Assembly: GCA_965219385.1 (NCBI GenBank)
Contig: CBDCNM010000002.1
Location: 2,598,936-2,662,935, forward strand
Direction: 5' to 3'
Length of the DNA stretch: 64,000 nucleotides
Source of the DNA: Candidatus Latescibacterota bacterium
GTDB lineage: Bacteria; Latescibacterota; UBA2968; UBA8231
Made by a program: the position numbers and the translations under genes. Under the pieces are notes generated by a model. It searched no databases, was not told the origin of the DNA, and was given only the letters and a program-made list of their open reading frames with translations. Shown here piece after piece: positions 43,721 through 54,121 of this stretch. Each line of letters begins with the position of its first letter. The first letter of the stretch is position 1.

Positions 43721-45550
43721 TCAGTCGCCGGACACCGGTTGACCGGCCAGCAAAAAGCCTTCGGCCTGCATATTGAACAGTTCGGCGTAGAGTCCGTCCT
43801 GGACCAGCAGTTCCATATGGCTGCCGCACTCGGCGATGCGCCCCTGCTCAAATACGTAGATCGTATCCGCCATGCGGACGGTCGAAAAGCGGTGCGAGAT
43901 GAGGATGGTGGTCTTGCCGGCGGTCAGTTCGAGGAAGCGTTGGAAAATCTCGTATTCGGCGCGGGCGTCGAGGACGCTGGTCGGCTCGTCCAAAACGAGA
44001 ATGTCGGATTGGCGGAAAAAGGCGCGCGCCAGGGCGATCTTCTGCCATTGCCCGCCCGACAGGTCGGTGCCGCGCTCGAACCAGGAGCGGATGCGAGTCT
44101 GATAGCCCTCGTCCAGCGCCTCAATGAATTCGTGCACGCCGGCTTTCTTGGCCGCGGCCGCGATGCCGTCCAAATCTTCAAGTCGCTTGTATTGCGCATA
44201 GCCGATGTTCTCGGCGACCGTCCCGTGGTAGCGCATATAGTCCTGAAAGATGACGCCAAAGCGCCGGCGATAGGTTTCGACATTGTATTCGCGCAGGTCG
44301 CGGCCGCCGAGGTGAATTTGTCCTGCGGTTGGATCGTAGAGCCGGGTCAGCAGCTTTACAAAGGTCGTCTTGCCGGAGCCGTTCTCGCCCACCAGCGCAA
44401 TGCGCTCGCCGGGCCGAATGGTCAGCGACACCCCTTCGATTGCGGGTTTGTCGCTCGTCGGATAGGTCAGGGAGACGTCTTCGAACACAATGCCCGAGCC
44501 GAGATCGGCCGGCACTGCGGGAAGGTTCGGTTCAGGTCTGATTTGGGGCTGCATGTCGAGAAAGGCTTGGTAGCCCTGAATGCCTTCAAGCGAGCGTTCC
44601 CAGGCCCCCGTCATTCCGGAAAAACCCGACACTGCCTCCTGAGCGATGAAGACGACGACAAGAGCCATGAAGGCCAGTCCCAGGGAGATCTCCTTGGCCA
44701 TTACTTGCCCGACGAGCCAGTAGCCAAAACCAAGGGCGATTGCCAGGAAAGGCAGGTAGAAAACCAAGTTTCTGGCCGCATTTCCGATGGTGAATAATCG
44801 CCTACGGTAGATCCATTCGGCCAATTCCTCGGCCATGCCTTTGAAATAGGGGACGAGACCAAACAGACGGATCTCTTTGGCAGGATGCTCGTCCGAGAGC
44901 AGATGCTCAAGGTAGTATAGGGGGTTCCATTCCTCATCCCGGGACTTCTCCTTCGGCCGAGTCAGCCATTTGACGAGATGCACGACCAGCAGGGCCGCCC
45001 CGGCCGCAAAGATTGGCCAGCCGATAAGGGTACAGAGGACCACCAGTCCCACCGCCTGCACGCCGAGGAAAATGAAGTTATATATCGAATCCATCACCCC
45101 GCAGACGGTATAATCGAGTGAGTGTCGGTTCTCCAGCAGCTTTCGTTCGCCCGCGGCTTCGATTTCCGCTAAGTCGAGTTCCGAGGATTTGGTGATGAAT
45201 TCGCGCTTTAGAAGCAGTTCGAGGTGAAATCCCGCCCGCGAACCTAGCCAATAGGAAATCTGTTGCCCGACAGCCTCCACCGCCAGCAGGCCCCCGGCCA
45301 ACAGCGCCAGCCGGGTCAGCATCTGTTCGCTTTGCTGCGGATCCTCGAGCGCCACCATGAGCCAGTCCACTCCCCACCAGATGGCAACGCAGCGCAGGAT
45401 GACCCAAAGCCCCTGAATGGCCGAGTAAACGGCGCGGGCTACAAATAGGGCAGGAGAGGCTTCCCGCGATTTTTTGGTCGTCCACCGCATCACGTACAGC
45501 CATTCGTCTATTTTGCCCCTGAACGACTGCGGAAGTTTTATCGTTGCCAT
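43721..45550 (-). CDS. ABC exporter, permease plus ATPase fusion
   Basis: Transmembrane segments; GENGSGKT, LSGGQWQKIALAR, LVLDEPT, SHR. Confidence 0.93.
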   Translation of the reverse strand: MATIKLPQSFRGKIDEWLYVMRWTTKKSREASPALFVARAVYSAIQGLWVILRCVAIWWGVDWLMVALEDPQQSEQMLTRLALLAGGLLAVEAVGQQISYWLGSRAGFHLELLLKREFITKSSELDLAEIEAAGERKLLENRHSLDYTVCGVMDSIYNFIFLGVQAVGLVVLCTLIGWPIFAAGAALLVVHLVKWLTRPKEKSRDEEWNPLYYLEHLLSDEHPAKEIRLFGLVPYFKGMAEELAEWIYRRRLFTIGNAARNLVFYLPFLAIALGFGYWLVGQVMAKEISLGLAFMALVVVFIAQEAVSGFSGMTGAWERSLEGIQGYQAFLDMQPQIRPEPNLPAVPADLGSGIVFEDVSLTYPTSDKPAIEGVSLTIRPGERIALVGENGSGKTTFVKLLTRLYDPTAGQIHLGGRDLREYNVETYRRRFGVIFQDYMRYHGTVAENIGYAQYKRLEDLDGIAAAAKKAGVHEFIEALDEGYQTRIRSWFERGTDLSGGQWQKIALARAFFRQSDILVLDEPTSVLDARAEYEIFQRFLELTAGKTTILISHRFSTVRMADTIYVFEQGRIAECGSHMELLVQDGLYAELFNMQAEGFLLAGQPVSGD

Positions 45551-45939
45551 GAGTCGGTCTCCTGTTGAAAGCAGATTCGGGCAAAGGCCAGGCGCATCCG
45601 CCAAGTGCGCGAGTTAGGCGAGGCCGGGCTGCGGCTTCCGGCGGGCCATCGGATTTAACACGGGAATCTCAATGCGCGACACCAGATTTAAGTTGCGGTG
45701 CAGCACGAAGTTAGGTTTACTGGTGGTCAACCGACAATCTCAACCCAACCGACCAGAGCGACACGATAAATCTAATAAATACGCTAAAACCAGCGCTGCG
45801 TCAAGTGCCGCACACCATGTCTCGCTACCAAGAGGACCTCCTACCAGATCAAACCCTGCGCGCTTTGTATTCACCACAAAAAGTAGTATATTGATCCGCA
45901 CTACTGGATTTGGTCACCATTCCACCGAGGAGGCACACC

Positions 45940-46674
45940 ATGCAGGGGCCCTCGTTTGTCAACCAGGACATCGGCTTGAAAGAGCGCCTGATCCGCGTCT
46001 TTTACGAACCGCACACCAGTTTTGCCGCGGTCTATCAGCGGGAAACCCCGCACGATTGGTTTATCCCTGTGCTCCTGGCCATCCTGGTGGGACTGGCGTC
46101 GCACTACATGACCCTGGACATCGCCATGGACCTGGACGCACCGGCCGTCCAGCAGCACCTGGAAGGTCTGAGCGAAGAAGAACGCAAAGAGGCCATAGAC
46201 AACAGGGAAAAGATGCGGGCCCACAGCTGGATGATGGTGCCGGTCGGAGTTTTTGCCTCGCTGGTGCTCATCGGGGGGATATTGCTGCTGCTCGCCCGCT
46301 CCCTCTTCAAGAGCGAAGTCACTTACCAGCAAATGCTGATCGTCAAGGGGTACGCCTCGCTGGTGCTCATCCCGGAGTGGATCGTGCGCACCTTCCTGAC
46401 CCTGGTCAAAGGAAGCCCGGCGGTGCACACCGGACTGGGGATGTTCGTCCCCGAAGAGATGGTCAATACCTTCGCGGGCAAGGTGTTGATCCAGATCGAC
46501 TTTTTCGATTGCTGGCAGACCTGGGTACTGGGCATCGGGCTGGCGGTCATGGCCAATGTGCCGGCCAAGCGCGCCCTTGCCGCCATTTTTGTTTTGTGGG
46601 GACTGTGGATTGTGGGCGGGGCCGCGATCGAGCCTTCGGCACAGGCCCCTGGCTTCGTGCCACCCGGCGAGTAA
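45940..46674 (+). CDS. YIP1-family membrane protein
   Basis: RVFYEP..SF motif; several hydrophobic helices; RBS GAGGAGG. Confidence 0.75.
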   Translation: MQGPSFVNQDIGLKERLIRVFYEPHTSFAAVYQRETPHDWFIPVLLAILVGLASHYMTLDIAMDLDAPAVQQHLEGLSEEERKEAIDNREKMRAHSWMMVPVGVFASLVLIGGILLLLARSLFKSEVTYQQMLIVKGYASLVLIPEWIVRTFLTLVKGSPAVHTGLGMFVPEEMVNTFAGKVLIQIDFFDCWQTWVLGIGLAVMANVPAKRALAAIFVLWGLWIVGGAAIEPSAQAPGFVPPGE

Positions 46675-46734
46675 AAAGCCGGGTGTGCAGGGAGCCGCGA
46701 CCGTTTTGTAACCACGGAAACGGAGATTCCGCCC

Positions 46735-47493
46735 ATGAAACTACACCGCCTGGCCTACAGCACCTACCGCTGGAATACCCCCGACCTGGAGCGCGACCTG
46801 GTCACTTTGCGCCAGGCCGGATTCGCCGGCTGGGAAACCCGCCACCCCCTCGACTGGCTCGGTTCGGCCCAAAGGGTACGGCAAATCTGCGAACGAGTCG
46901 GCATCGAGACCGCGGCGGTCTGCGGCCCCAACGCCACCCTCAGCATTGGCGATCCATCCCACCAGATCAGCAAACGCCGCATCGAGTTCGCCGCCGATTT
47001 GGGGGTATCCACTTTCATGACCAAGGGACCGGGCCGGCTCGAACGCGCAACCACCGACGAGGACCTGGATCAAATGGCCGCGGTCTACGAAGACCTGGCG
47101 CTCCACGCCGCGCCCCTCGGGGTCACGGTCACCTTCCACCCGCACATCCATCACCTGGTGGACAGCGCCGACGAATGGAAGCGGTTTATGCGCCGGCTCC
47201 ACCACTGCCGCCTCTGTCTGGACATGTCGCACGCGGTCCACTGGGGCTACAATCCGATCGCCGCGGTCCACGACTTCAAAGAGCGCATCGCCTACGTCCA
47301 CCTGCACGACTATAAGGGGAAGCACGGTGTCGAACTGGGCGAGGGCCTCATGTGCGATTTTCCGGCCTTTCTGGGCGCGCTCGAAGAGATCGGCTACCAG
47401 GGCTGGGTCACGGTGTGCTCGGGACAAACCGAACGCAGCGAAGTAGACAAAATGCGGATCGGCCGGGCCTACCTGAAAAGCATCGGCTACTGA
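46735..47493 (+). CDS. Sugar phosphate isomerase/epimerase (xylose isomerase-like TIM barrel)
   Basis: FHPH, LCLDMSH, YVHLHD, LGEG..DF, GYQGW. Confidence 0.85.
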   Translation: MKLHRLAYSTYRWNTPDLERDLVTLRQAGFAGWETRHPLDWLGSAQRVRQICERVGIETAAVCGPNATLSIGDPSHQISKRRIEFAADLGVSTFMTKGPGRLERATTDEDLDQMAAVYEDLALHAAPLGVTVTFHPHIHHLVDSADEWKRFMRRLHHCRLCLDMSHAVHWGYNPIAAVHDFKERIAYVHLHDYKGKHGVELGEGLMCDFPAFLGALEEIGYQGWVTVCSGQTERSEVDKMRIGRAYLKSIGY

Positions 47494-47725
47494 CGGAGGT
47501 TCTTTGCCGTTGAGTTTGGCCATCTTTACGTCCACCCGGCCCCAGGTCTGCCTGCTCAGCCGGCTGGTGATCTGCGCGGTCATCGCCCGCTCGTGGCCGC
47601 TTTCGGCCAAGAGAGTGGGGATGGCCCTCGATGGCGATTATTGAATGCTTGTGCAAAACCTCGAAAAAGGCCTTTTTAGGGTGTGAGGATAGCGCATCCG
47701 ACTTCCAAGCCGGAAGGAGTCCTAC

Positions 47726-48817
47726 ATGCCCGAAAAACTCCGCGTCGGCGTCATTGCCAGCGGCCGCATCGCTCGCCAGCACGGTCGCGGCTGGAGCGAG
47801 TGCGAGCGCACCGAAATCGTCGCCATCGCCGACTCCCATCCCCAGGTTCTGGCCGACTACGCCCGGGATTTTGCCGTCGACAACCAGTACCTCGACTATC
47901 GGGAAATGCTGGAAAAGGAAAACCTGGACATCGTCAGCGTCTGCTCCTGGGACCCCCAGCACGCCGAGATGGTCATTGCCGCAGCCGCCCACAAACCCCG
48001 GGCCATCCTCTGCGAAAAGCCCATGGCCTGTTCCCTGGGCGAAGCCGAAAGCATGATCATCGCCGCCGAGCGCAACCAGGTCAAACTGGCCATCGGCCAC
48101 CAGCGCCGGTTCTACTCCTCCTGGCAGGAAGCCCGCCGCCTCGTCCAGGACGGCGCCATCGGCGAACCCCGCCGGCTCTGGTCCGCGGTCACGGGCGGCA
48201 TGCTCAACACCGGCACCCACTCGGTGGATTTCCAGCTCTTCGTCCTGGGCGATCCGCAGGCCGAGTGGGTCATGGGCTCGGTGGAGCGCAAGACCGATCA
48301 CTACATCTTCGGACATCGGGTCGAGGACCGCTGCAGCGGCATCATCGGCTATCCCCACGGTGTGGAAGGGGTCATCGAAAACGAAATGAACCAGACCTAT
48401 CAACTCGGAGCCGCGGTGTACGGCACCGAGGGCATGATGGAGGTGTGGGACAACAGCCTCAAGTACATGGTGGCCGCCAGGGCCGGCTGGCAGGAGTTCC
48501 AGCCCAGCGAAGAGCAGACCAGTGGTTACGGCAACGCCTTCACCGCTCAGGCCTGGGGTCTGTGCAAGTGGATCGACGGCGAGTTCGAGGACTACCCGGG
48601 GCAGGCCAAACACGGCAAGGCGGCGCTGGAGATCATGATGGGGGTCTACGAGTCGGCCCGCATGCACGAACGGGTCGGCCTGCCGTTGCTGACCCGGGCC
48701 AACCCCCTGGACGTGGCCGTGGAACAGGACGTCATTCCGGTGGAGCGACCCGGGGTGTGGGACGAGCGCTCGTTCCTGGTGCGCGGCGAAGCCATGAGCT
48801 GGACACAGAACCAGTAG
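47726..48817 (+). CDS. Gfo/Idh/MocA family oxidoreductase
   Basis: LCEKPMA, GHQRRF, GTHSVD. Confidence 0.9.
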   Translation: MPEKLRVGVIASGRIARQHGRGWSECERTEIVAIADSHPQVLADYARDFAVDNQYLDYREMLEKENLDIVSVCSWDPQHAEMVIAAAAHKPRAILCEKPMACSLGEAESMIIAAERNQVKLAIGHQRRFYSSWQEARRLVQDGAIGEPRRLWSAVTGGMLNTGTHSVDFQLFVLGDPQAEWVMGSVERKTDHYIFGHRVEDRCSGIIGYPHGVEGVIENEMNQTYQLGAAVYGTEGMMEVWDNSLKYMVAARAGWQEFQPSEEQTSGYGNAFTAQAWGLCKWIDGEFEDYPGQAKHGKAALEIMMGVYESARMHERVGLPLLTRANPLDVAVEQDVIPVERPGVWDERSFLVRGEAMSWTQNQ

Positions 48818-48899
48818 CGGAAGGATCGCAATGCAGAGAGGATATGTGGCGCGATTGGTCCGACGAGATGCGCGCTATTGATCTGGAGGAGTAAGCCTC

Positions 48900-49745
48900 T
48901 CAACCCCGCGACGGTTCCGAGCGTTCCTTCCGCAGCCTGGCGTGCACTTCCCTCACCTTGAAGTCGTTCTCGATCACCTGTCGCAGATGCACCATCCGTT
49001 CCGCCCCCGCCGTGCTCAGCATTACTTCTCCAATTATGTGGTCGATCCAGAACCGACCCTCGTGCGCCAGGGCATTCTGAAAGTCTTCCAGGCGATGGTC
49101 GGGCACATGCTCGTAAAAATTCATGGTGTACATTCTCCGGCGCACCGAGCCACTAAAGGCCGAATGCTTGGTGTTGTGCCAGAAAACCACGATATCGCCC
49201 GGCTCGGTCTCCACCACGATCGCCGGCACCTCATCGGGAGCCACGCCCCACTTTTCCCGGCTTTCACCGATGTCGGCTTGCAGGGTATCGGCGTAGACAT
49301 CGCCGCATCGGTGACTGCCCGGAATGAGGCGTACCGCGCCCGTGTCGCGCGTCAACTCGTCCAGGTAGAAGGCGATCTTGATACTTGGGATGCGGTTGCC
49401 GTCGTACCCGTCCGAGTGCCAGCGGGTATCGCCGACGTACAGATTCCCATCGCCGCTGGTGTAGTTGAAATCGTCTCCCAGCAGACCTGCGGCGATATCG
49501 TGAATACGGGGATCGTCGAGCAGGCTGCTCAGGTACTCGTTCTGATCCGGAAAGGGTACGATGCAGGAACGTTGCTTCTCGTCGTGGGTATTGCCGTGGT
49601 GCCCACCGCCGCGCCCGGCCCAGACCTTCTCGAACTCCTCGATGATCTTGTCGATGCAGTCTGCCAGGAGCCCGGGGAAGTGCAAATAACCGAAGGTGTT
49701 GAAGAAGTTGATCTGCTGTTCAGTCAAGCGTGTATCTTTCATCAT
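48900..49745 (-). CDS. PhyH family protein
   Basis: FFNTFGYL, WHSD, IPGSH, PGDIVVF..N.KH. Confidence 0.88.
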   Translation of the reverse strand: MMKDTRLTEQQINFFNTFGYLHFPGLLADCIDKIIEEFEKVWAGRGGGHHGNTHDEKQRSCIVPFPDQNEYLSSLLDDPRIHDIAAGLLGDDFNYTSGDGNLYVGDTRWHSDGYDGNRIPSIKIAFYLDELTRDTGAVRLIPGSHRCGDVYADTLQADIGESREKWGVAPDEVPAIVVETEPGDIVVFWHNTKHSAFSGSVRRRMYTMNFYEHVPDHRLEDFQNALAHEGRFWIDHIIGEVMLSTAGAERMVHLRQVIENDFKVREVHARLRKERSEPSRG

Positions 49746-49876
49746 GACCGTTCCTGTTTGTGGCACCGACTACGGTCCGTGCAAGGGCGATGGGCGGCTG
49801 GAAGTGGCATGGCATTGATAGAGGCCCTGGGTCTCATGCTGGCGGTCCGTCGTGTATTCATCTCTCCAGTATGCTC

Positions 49877-50719
49877 CTACCACCAGTCCAGGCCCAGCAG
49901 CTTCCGTCCCAATGGCGTCAGTTCGGCTGTGCGTCCGGTCGCGTTTTCCTTGGCTTTTTCAGGCGGACCATTGCCGGTCAACAGTTCCTTCCAGCTTCTG
50001 ATGCGATCGTGAGGTTTCTCCGTCTGCCCCGTTGGTGCCGGACTCATGGTGATGTACTGCGCCACGCGGGGCCGCTCCCCTTTGTTGGGCGAGTGGCCGT
50101 GGGGCAGGGCGCTGTGCCAGATGATCAGGTCGCCGGCTCCCGCGGCAATGGGCACGGGTTCGAATTCGCCGACCAGATCCTCTTCCGGGATGAACCCCGG
50201 GAACGGGTGCTTGGCCAGATGATCGACCCTATCGGACAGGCTGCGGATCCAATCTTCGATTCTGTGATGAAACCCGGGCACGCAGACAAAGGCCCCCTGG
50301 TGGGCAGGGGTGTCGTTCAGATAGAGCACGCCCTGGACCCCAAAACGGATCGGCAATTCCAGGCGCATGTCCCAATGCAAACCACCTTTGTGGTGAAAGA
50401 GCGGACCGATGGGAGGGTTGATGCTGGTGCGATCTAAGCTGACCCACAGCTTCTCCGTCTCCCAGATGTCGGCAAAGGCCTGGTGGAGGCGGGGGGACTG
50501 GCGGTTGTCCCACAGGGCCTGGTGGTGGTACATTTCGATCATTACGCCGGACCGCGGGGAGTCGGTATACCAGCTGGCCGGATCGCCGGGATCCATCTCG
50601 ACGAAGTCCCAAATGGCGCGTGCGGCGGCCTCCACATTTTCCGGCGGCACGGCGTCGGGCACCACGATATAGCCTTGTTGTTCCCAAATAGCGCGGTCCT
50701 CCTGGTTCAATACGGGCAT
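49877..50719 (-). CDS. PhyH family protein
   Basis: QGYIVV, LHWD, VPGFH, GDLIIWHSALPHG. Confidence 0.88.
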   Translation of the reverse strand: MPVLNQEDRAIWEQQGYIVVPDAVPPENVEAAARAIWDFVEMDPGDPASWYTDSPRSGVMIEMYHHQALWDNRQSPRLHQAFADIWETEKLWVSLDRTSINPPIGPLFHHKGGLHWDMRLELPIRFGVQGVLYLNDTPAHQGAFVCVPGFHHRIEDWIRSLSDRVDHLAKHPFPGFIPEEDLVGEFEPVPIAAGAGDLIIWHSALPHGHSPNKGERPRVAQYITMSPAPTGQTEKPHDRIRSWKELLTGNGPPEKAKENATGRTAELTPLGRKLLGLDWW

Positions 50720-50814
50720 AAGTGCACTCCTCTCTTTGCGGTTATCTCGTCCTTCTTTTTAGCCAACTCTTGGGCCTGTCCTAAAAATAATACTTAAACG
50801 AGATAACCGGAAGG

Positions 50815-50920
50815 TGGAGTTGACCCGGTTTGGTGGGTATCTTATCACTTGATAAAAAGAAGCCCACCATGCCTACATCGCGTATTCCCTATCCAGCCGA
50901 GTTTCGCCAGCAGAATGTTG
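50815..50920 (+). mobile_element. IS3-family left-end remnant
   Basis: TGGAGTTGACCCGGTTTGGTGG terminus-like sequence followed by OrfA-like MPTSRIPYPAEFRQQ. Confidence 0.6.
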
Positions 50921-50987
50921 GTGGGTGATTCCATATGGCCGCACCATAAATCTTGATAAGTCAGCATTAGCAGAGGAACCAACAGAT

Positions 50988-51066
50988 GAATACTACAAAC
51001 GCCGCATCCTCCAGGACACCCAACCCGGACAGGTGGGCGCGCTGTTGCGCCGCGAGGGAGTGTATC
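50988..51066 (+). mobile_element. Second IS3-type OrfA shard
   Basis: YKRRILQDTQPGQVGALLRREGVY. Confidence 0.6.
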
Positions 51067-52084
51067 AGAAACCGATCCGGACGGAGAAGGTGTGAAGGAG
51101 TTGGAAAAAATCTACCGTGGTGTAGGCGTAGTCCACCTTTACGTCCTGGCCCAGGCCCAGGCCCAAACCGAAGCTGGTGCCGAAGATATAGGTGTCGTCC
51201 TCTGCACCACTGGCATAGTCAAAGCCGCTGCGCAGGGTTAAAAATTGATTGTACCCGTACTCGGCCCCGACCTTCCACTGGTCGCGGGCGAAGTTGTGGT
51301 GCCGGAACATAGTGGACAGCTCGATCCGGCGCGCGGCGGCCAGGGCGCGACGATAGGCCAGGCCCAGTTCGAAGGTCGAGGGCAGCTCGGCCGAGCCGGT
51401 CTCGACCTTGTAGGGGGCCTCGGGCCGGCGCAAACCTTTGAGTTGGCCCGGTCGCAGCAGGGCCGGGCCGTCGAAGCGCAAACCCGGGCCAATGTGCTTG
51501 AGGGCCACCCCCAGATGGAAGCCGGGGATATTGCCCAGGTCGGCGTACTGCAGGCCGGCGTCAAAGGACAGCCCGGTGGCTGAGACGCGCTCGATGTGCT
51601 CGACGATGTAGTGGGTGGTGACGCCCACGGCGATGCGGTCGGTCAGAGCGCGGGCATAGGTGGTGCCCAGCGTGAAGAAGGTGGGAGTGAAGAACGCGCC
51701 GGTGCCGTCCGGGGCGCTTTCGGTGGTGATGGGGATAGCCCCAAAGCTGAGGGTCTTGAGGGCCAGGGCCAGGGATCCCAGGGGCTCGAAGGTGCCGCTG
51801 ACCGCAGCGTAGTTGACCCGAATATCCGCCAGGTACGAGGTGGTGGAGAACATCATGTCCGCCCGGGGCCGGGAGCGCGCCAGGCCGGCCGGGTTCCAGT
51901 AGAGGGCCTCGACGCCCGAGGTGGTGGCCAGGGTGGCGCCGCCCAGGGCCATGGCGCGGGCGCCCACGGGAATGAGCAACTCCGGGGCCGCGGCCGTGCC
52001 GGCGCGGTTCGGGCCGGCAGCGTGGAGAGCGGCCGCGGCCAGGATTGCCAGGATGAGGAGGATGCGGTGCAGCGGTCGTATCAT
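51065..52084 (-). CDS. PorV/PorQ-family outer membrane beta-barrel
   Basis: Signal peptide; LLIPVGARAMALGG, YWNPAGL; C-terminal VDYAY...HTFSVRIGF. Confidence 0.88.
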   Translation of the reverse strand: MIRPLHRILLILAILAAAALHAAGPNRAGTAAAPELLIPVGARAMALGGATLATTSGVEALYWNPAGLARSRPRADMMFSTTSYLADIRVNYAAVSGTFEPLGSLALALKTLSFGAIPITTESAPDGTGAFFTPTFFTLGTTYARALTDRIAVGVTTHYIVEHIERVSATGLSFDAGLQYADLGNIPGFHLGVALKHIGPGLRFDGPALLRPGQLKGLRRPEAPYKVETGSAELPSTFELGLAYRRALAAARRIELSTMFRHHNFARDQWKVGAEYGYNQFLTLRSGFDYASGAEDDTYIFGTSFGLGLGLGQDVKVDYAYTTVDFFQLLHTFSVRIGF

Positions 52085-52352
52085 GGGAGCCGGTTGAGAA
52101 CCTCACTGTACTCATATCCTGCCGCCACTCTAGTGCAGGATGCTCGCTTATGGGTTATTCATAATGTAGCATAAAACTCGATTTGGCCAAGAATCACCGA
52201 TTCGCATGAACGAACAGGCGCACCCGGCCTCTCCTCTTGACTGCAAACCGGAATCGGCTGATTTTATCTTGCGGACCCAGGATCGTTCCTCCCGTGCGTC
52301 GATCTCGTAGTCGGGAATCTACCCATTGGGCACAAAGACTCCAAGGACCGTC

Positions 52353-53138
52353 ATGAACGAGGACGAAAAGTACTTCTTCGACCTGAACGGCTATCTTATC
52401 CTCAGGGACGTCGTTGACCCCGAGCTGGTGGCCCGCTGCAACGCGGCCATCGACCACCACGACGATCAGATCAAAACCGCGGAGCGGGAATTCGAAGGAT
52501 CGTTCAAGGCGCTCAAGACCCCGGTCCGCCAGCGCTGGTCGGACGACATGATCCGCTGGAAGAAGCCCTGGCGCGAGGGATTTCTGGAGTTGCTGGTGCA
52601 CCCGCGCCCAAAGCCCTACCTGACGGAAATCCTCGGCGGCGGCTACCGCATGGCCTACCTGCCACGACTGCTCATGATGGATCCGGGCTGCGCCGGCCAC
52701 CTCATGCATGGCGGCCGGCTGGACCGCCAACCCTTCTCCGCCACGTACATGTACAAATTCGGCAAGATCTACTCCAGCCTGGTGATCGTCGAATTCATGC
52801 TGGCCGACGAGGGGCCGGGCGACGGCGGCCTGGCCCTGGTTCCCGGCGGGCACAAGGCCAATTTTCCCATCCCCGATGGCCTGAGAGGGTACGAGGCCTA
52901 CCAGGACCATATCCTAGAAGTCCACGCCAGGGCGGGAGATGCCGTTATTTTCAATGAAGTGACGATCCACGGCACCCTGGTGTGGCGGGGGAAACACCAG
53001 CGCCGCGTCCTGCTCTATCACTACAGCCCCCGCTATCAGTCCGCCTTTTCCATCTACCACGACATCACCTATCCGGACTACGTGGCGGACATGACCGAGG
53101 AACAACGGGCGCTGCTACAGCCCCCACACGAGGGTTGA
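52353..53138 (+). CDS. PhyH family protein
   Basis: YFFDLNGYL, MHGG, VPGGHKANF, HGTL.W. Confidence 0.88.
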   Translation: MNEDEKYFFDLNGYLILRDVVDPELVARCNAAIDHHDDQIKTAEREFEGSFKALKTPVRQRWSDDMIRWKKPWREGFLELLVHPRPKPYLTEILGGGYRMAYLPRLLMMDPGCAGHLMHGGRLDRQPFSATYMYKFGKIYSSLVIVEFMLADEGPGDGGLALVPGGHKANFPIPDGLRGYEAYQDHILEVHARAGDAVIFNEVTIHGTLVWRGKHQRRVLLYHYSPRYQSAFSIYHDITYPDYVADMTEEQRALLQPPHEG

Positions 53139-53159
53139 TTCCAGCCGCGCGCAGACCCC

Positions 53160-53939
53160 ATGAACGACGACGAGAAGTTTCTATTCGATCTGGAAGGGTA
53201 TCTGGTCCTCAGGAAGGTGCTCACGACGGACGAAGTAGCGCGCTGCAACGAGGCCATCGATCACCACAGCGACCGCTTTTACGAGACCGACCGGACCCTG
53301 GAGGGAGAATCCAGGGTCCTGGGCGGCTCCGCTAAGCAGAAGTGGATGGAGGGCATGCTGGCGTGGGAGCGCCCCTGGTGCGAACCGTTCCGGGCGTTGC
53401 TGGTGCACCCGCGGATCCGGCCCTACCTGGCCGAGGTGCTGGGCGGGGCCTACCGTCTGGATCACGCCCCCATGCTGATCGCCATGAACAAGGACGAGGG
53501 CGGCCACTACATGCACGGCGGCGGCTTCGAGCGGCAGGATTTTTCGCAGACCTACATGTACCAGTTCGGCAAGATCTATTGCGGTTTGACGGTAGTGGAA
53601 TTCATCCTGGCCGACGAGGGACCGGGGGACGGTGGGCTGGCCTTGGTTCCCTGTGGCCACAAAGCCAATTTCCCCATGCCCAAGAGCCTCTCCTTGTACG
53701 AGGAGTACCAGGAATACGTGAAGGAAGTGCACATCGAGGCCGGGGACGTGGTCCTCTTCACCGAGGCACTGACCCACGGCACCCTGGTGTGGCAGGGCGA
53801 ACACCAGCGGCGGGCCCTGATTTACAGGTACAGTCCCGGCTTCCAGCACGTGGCCAAGGGATTCCACCAGGCCGCGCACCCCGATTTCATCAAGGATATG
53901 ACCGAAGAGCAGCGGGCGATGATGCCGCCGCCGGGCTGA
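53160..53939 (+). CDS. PhyH family protein, tandem paralog of 52353-53138
   Basis: Same motifs and clear similarity to the upstream gene. Confidence 0.88.
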   Translation: MNDDEKFLFDLEGYLVLRKVLTTDEVARCNEAIDHHSDRFYETDRTLEGESRVLGGSAKQKWMEGMLAWERPWCEPFRALLVHPRIRPYLAEVLGGAYRLDHAPMLIAMNKDEGGHYMHGGGFERQDFSQTYMYQFGKIYCGLTVVEFILADEGPGDGGLALVPCGHKANFPMPKSLSLYEEYQEYVKEVHIEAGDVVLFTEALTHGTLVWQGEHQRRALIYRYSPGFQHVAKGFHQAAHPDFIKDMTEEQRAMMPPPG

Positions 53940-54121
53940 TGGCTCCCTACTTCCTGCTGCCACGGCCGCTCGCCGAGGCATGGAAACGGGTGCGGTCGCG
54001 GTGGCCCCGTCCACTTGTAGTTTCTCTTTAGAGGCCTTTTTAATGTTGTCCTGCTGTGGAAGCCGCCTAGACCCCTCTTGCGTGTCGATGGTTCAGGACT
54101 GCGCTGAGAGGCCGTTCAGGA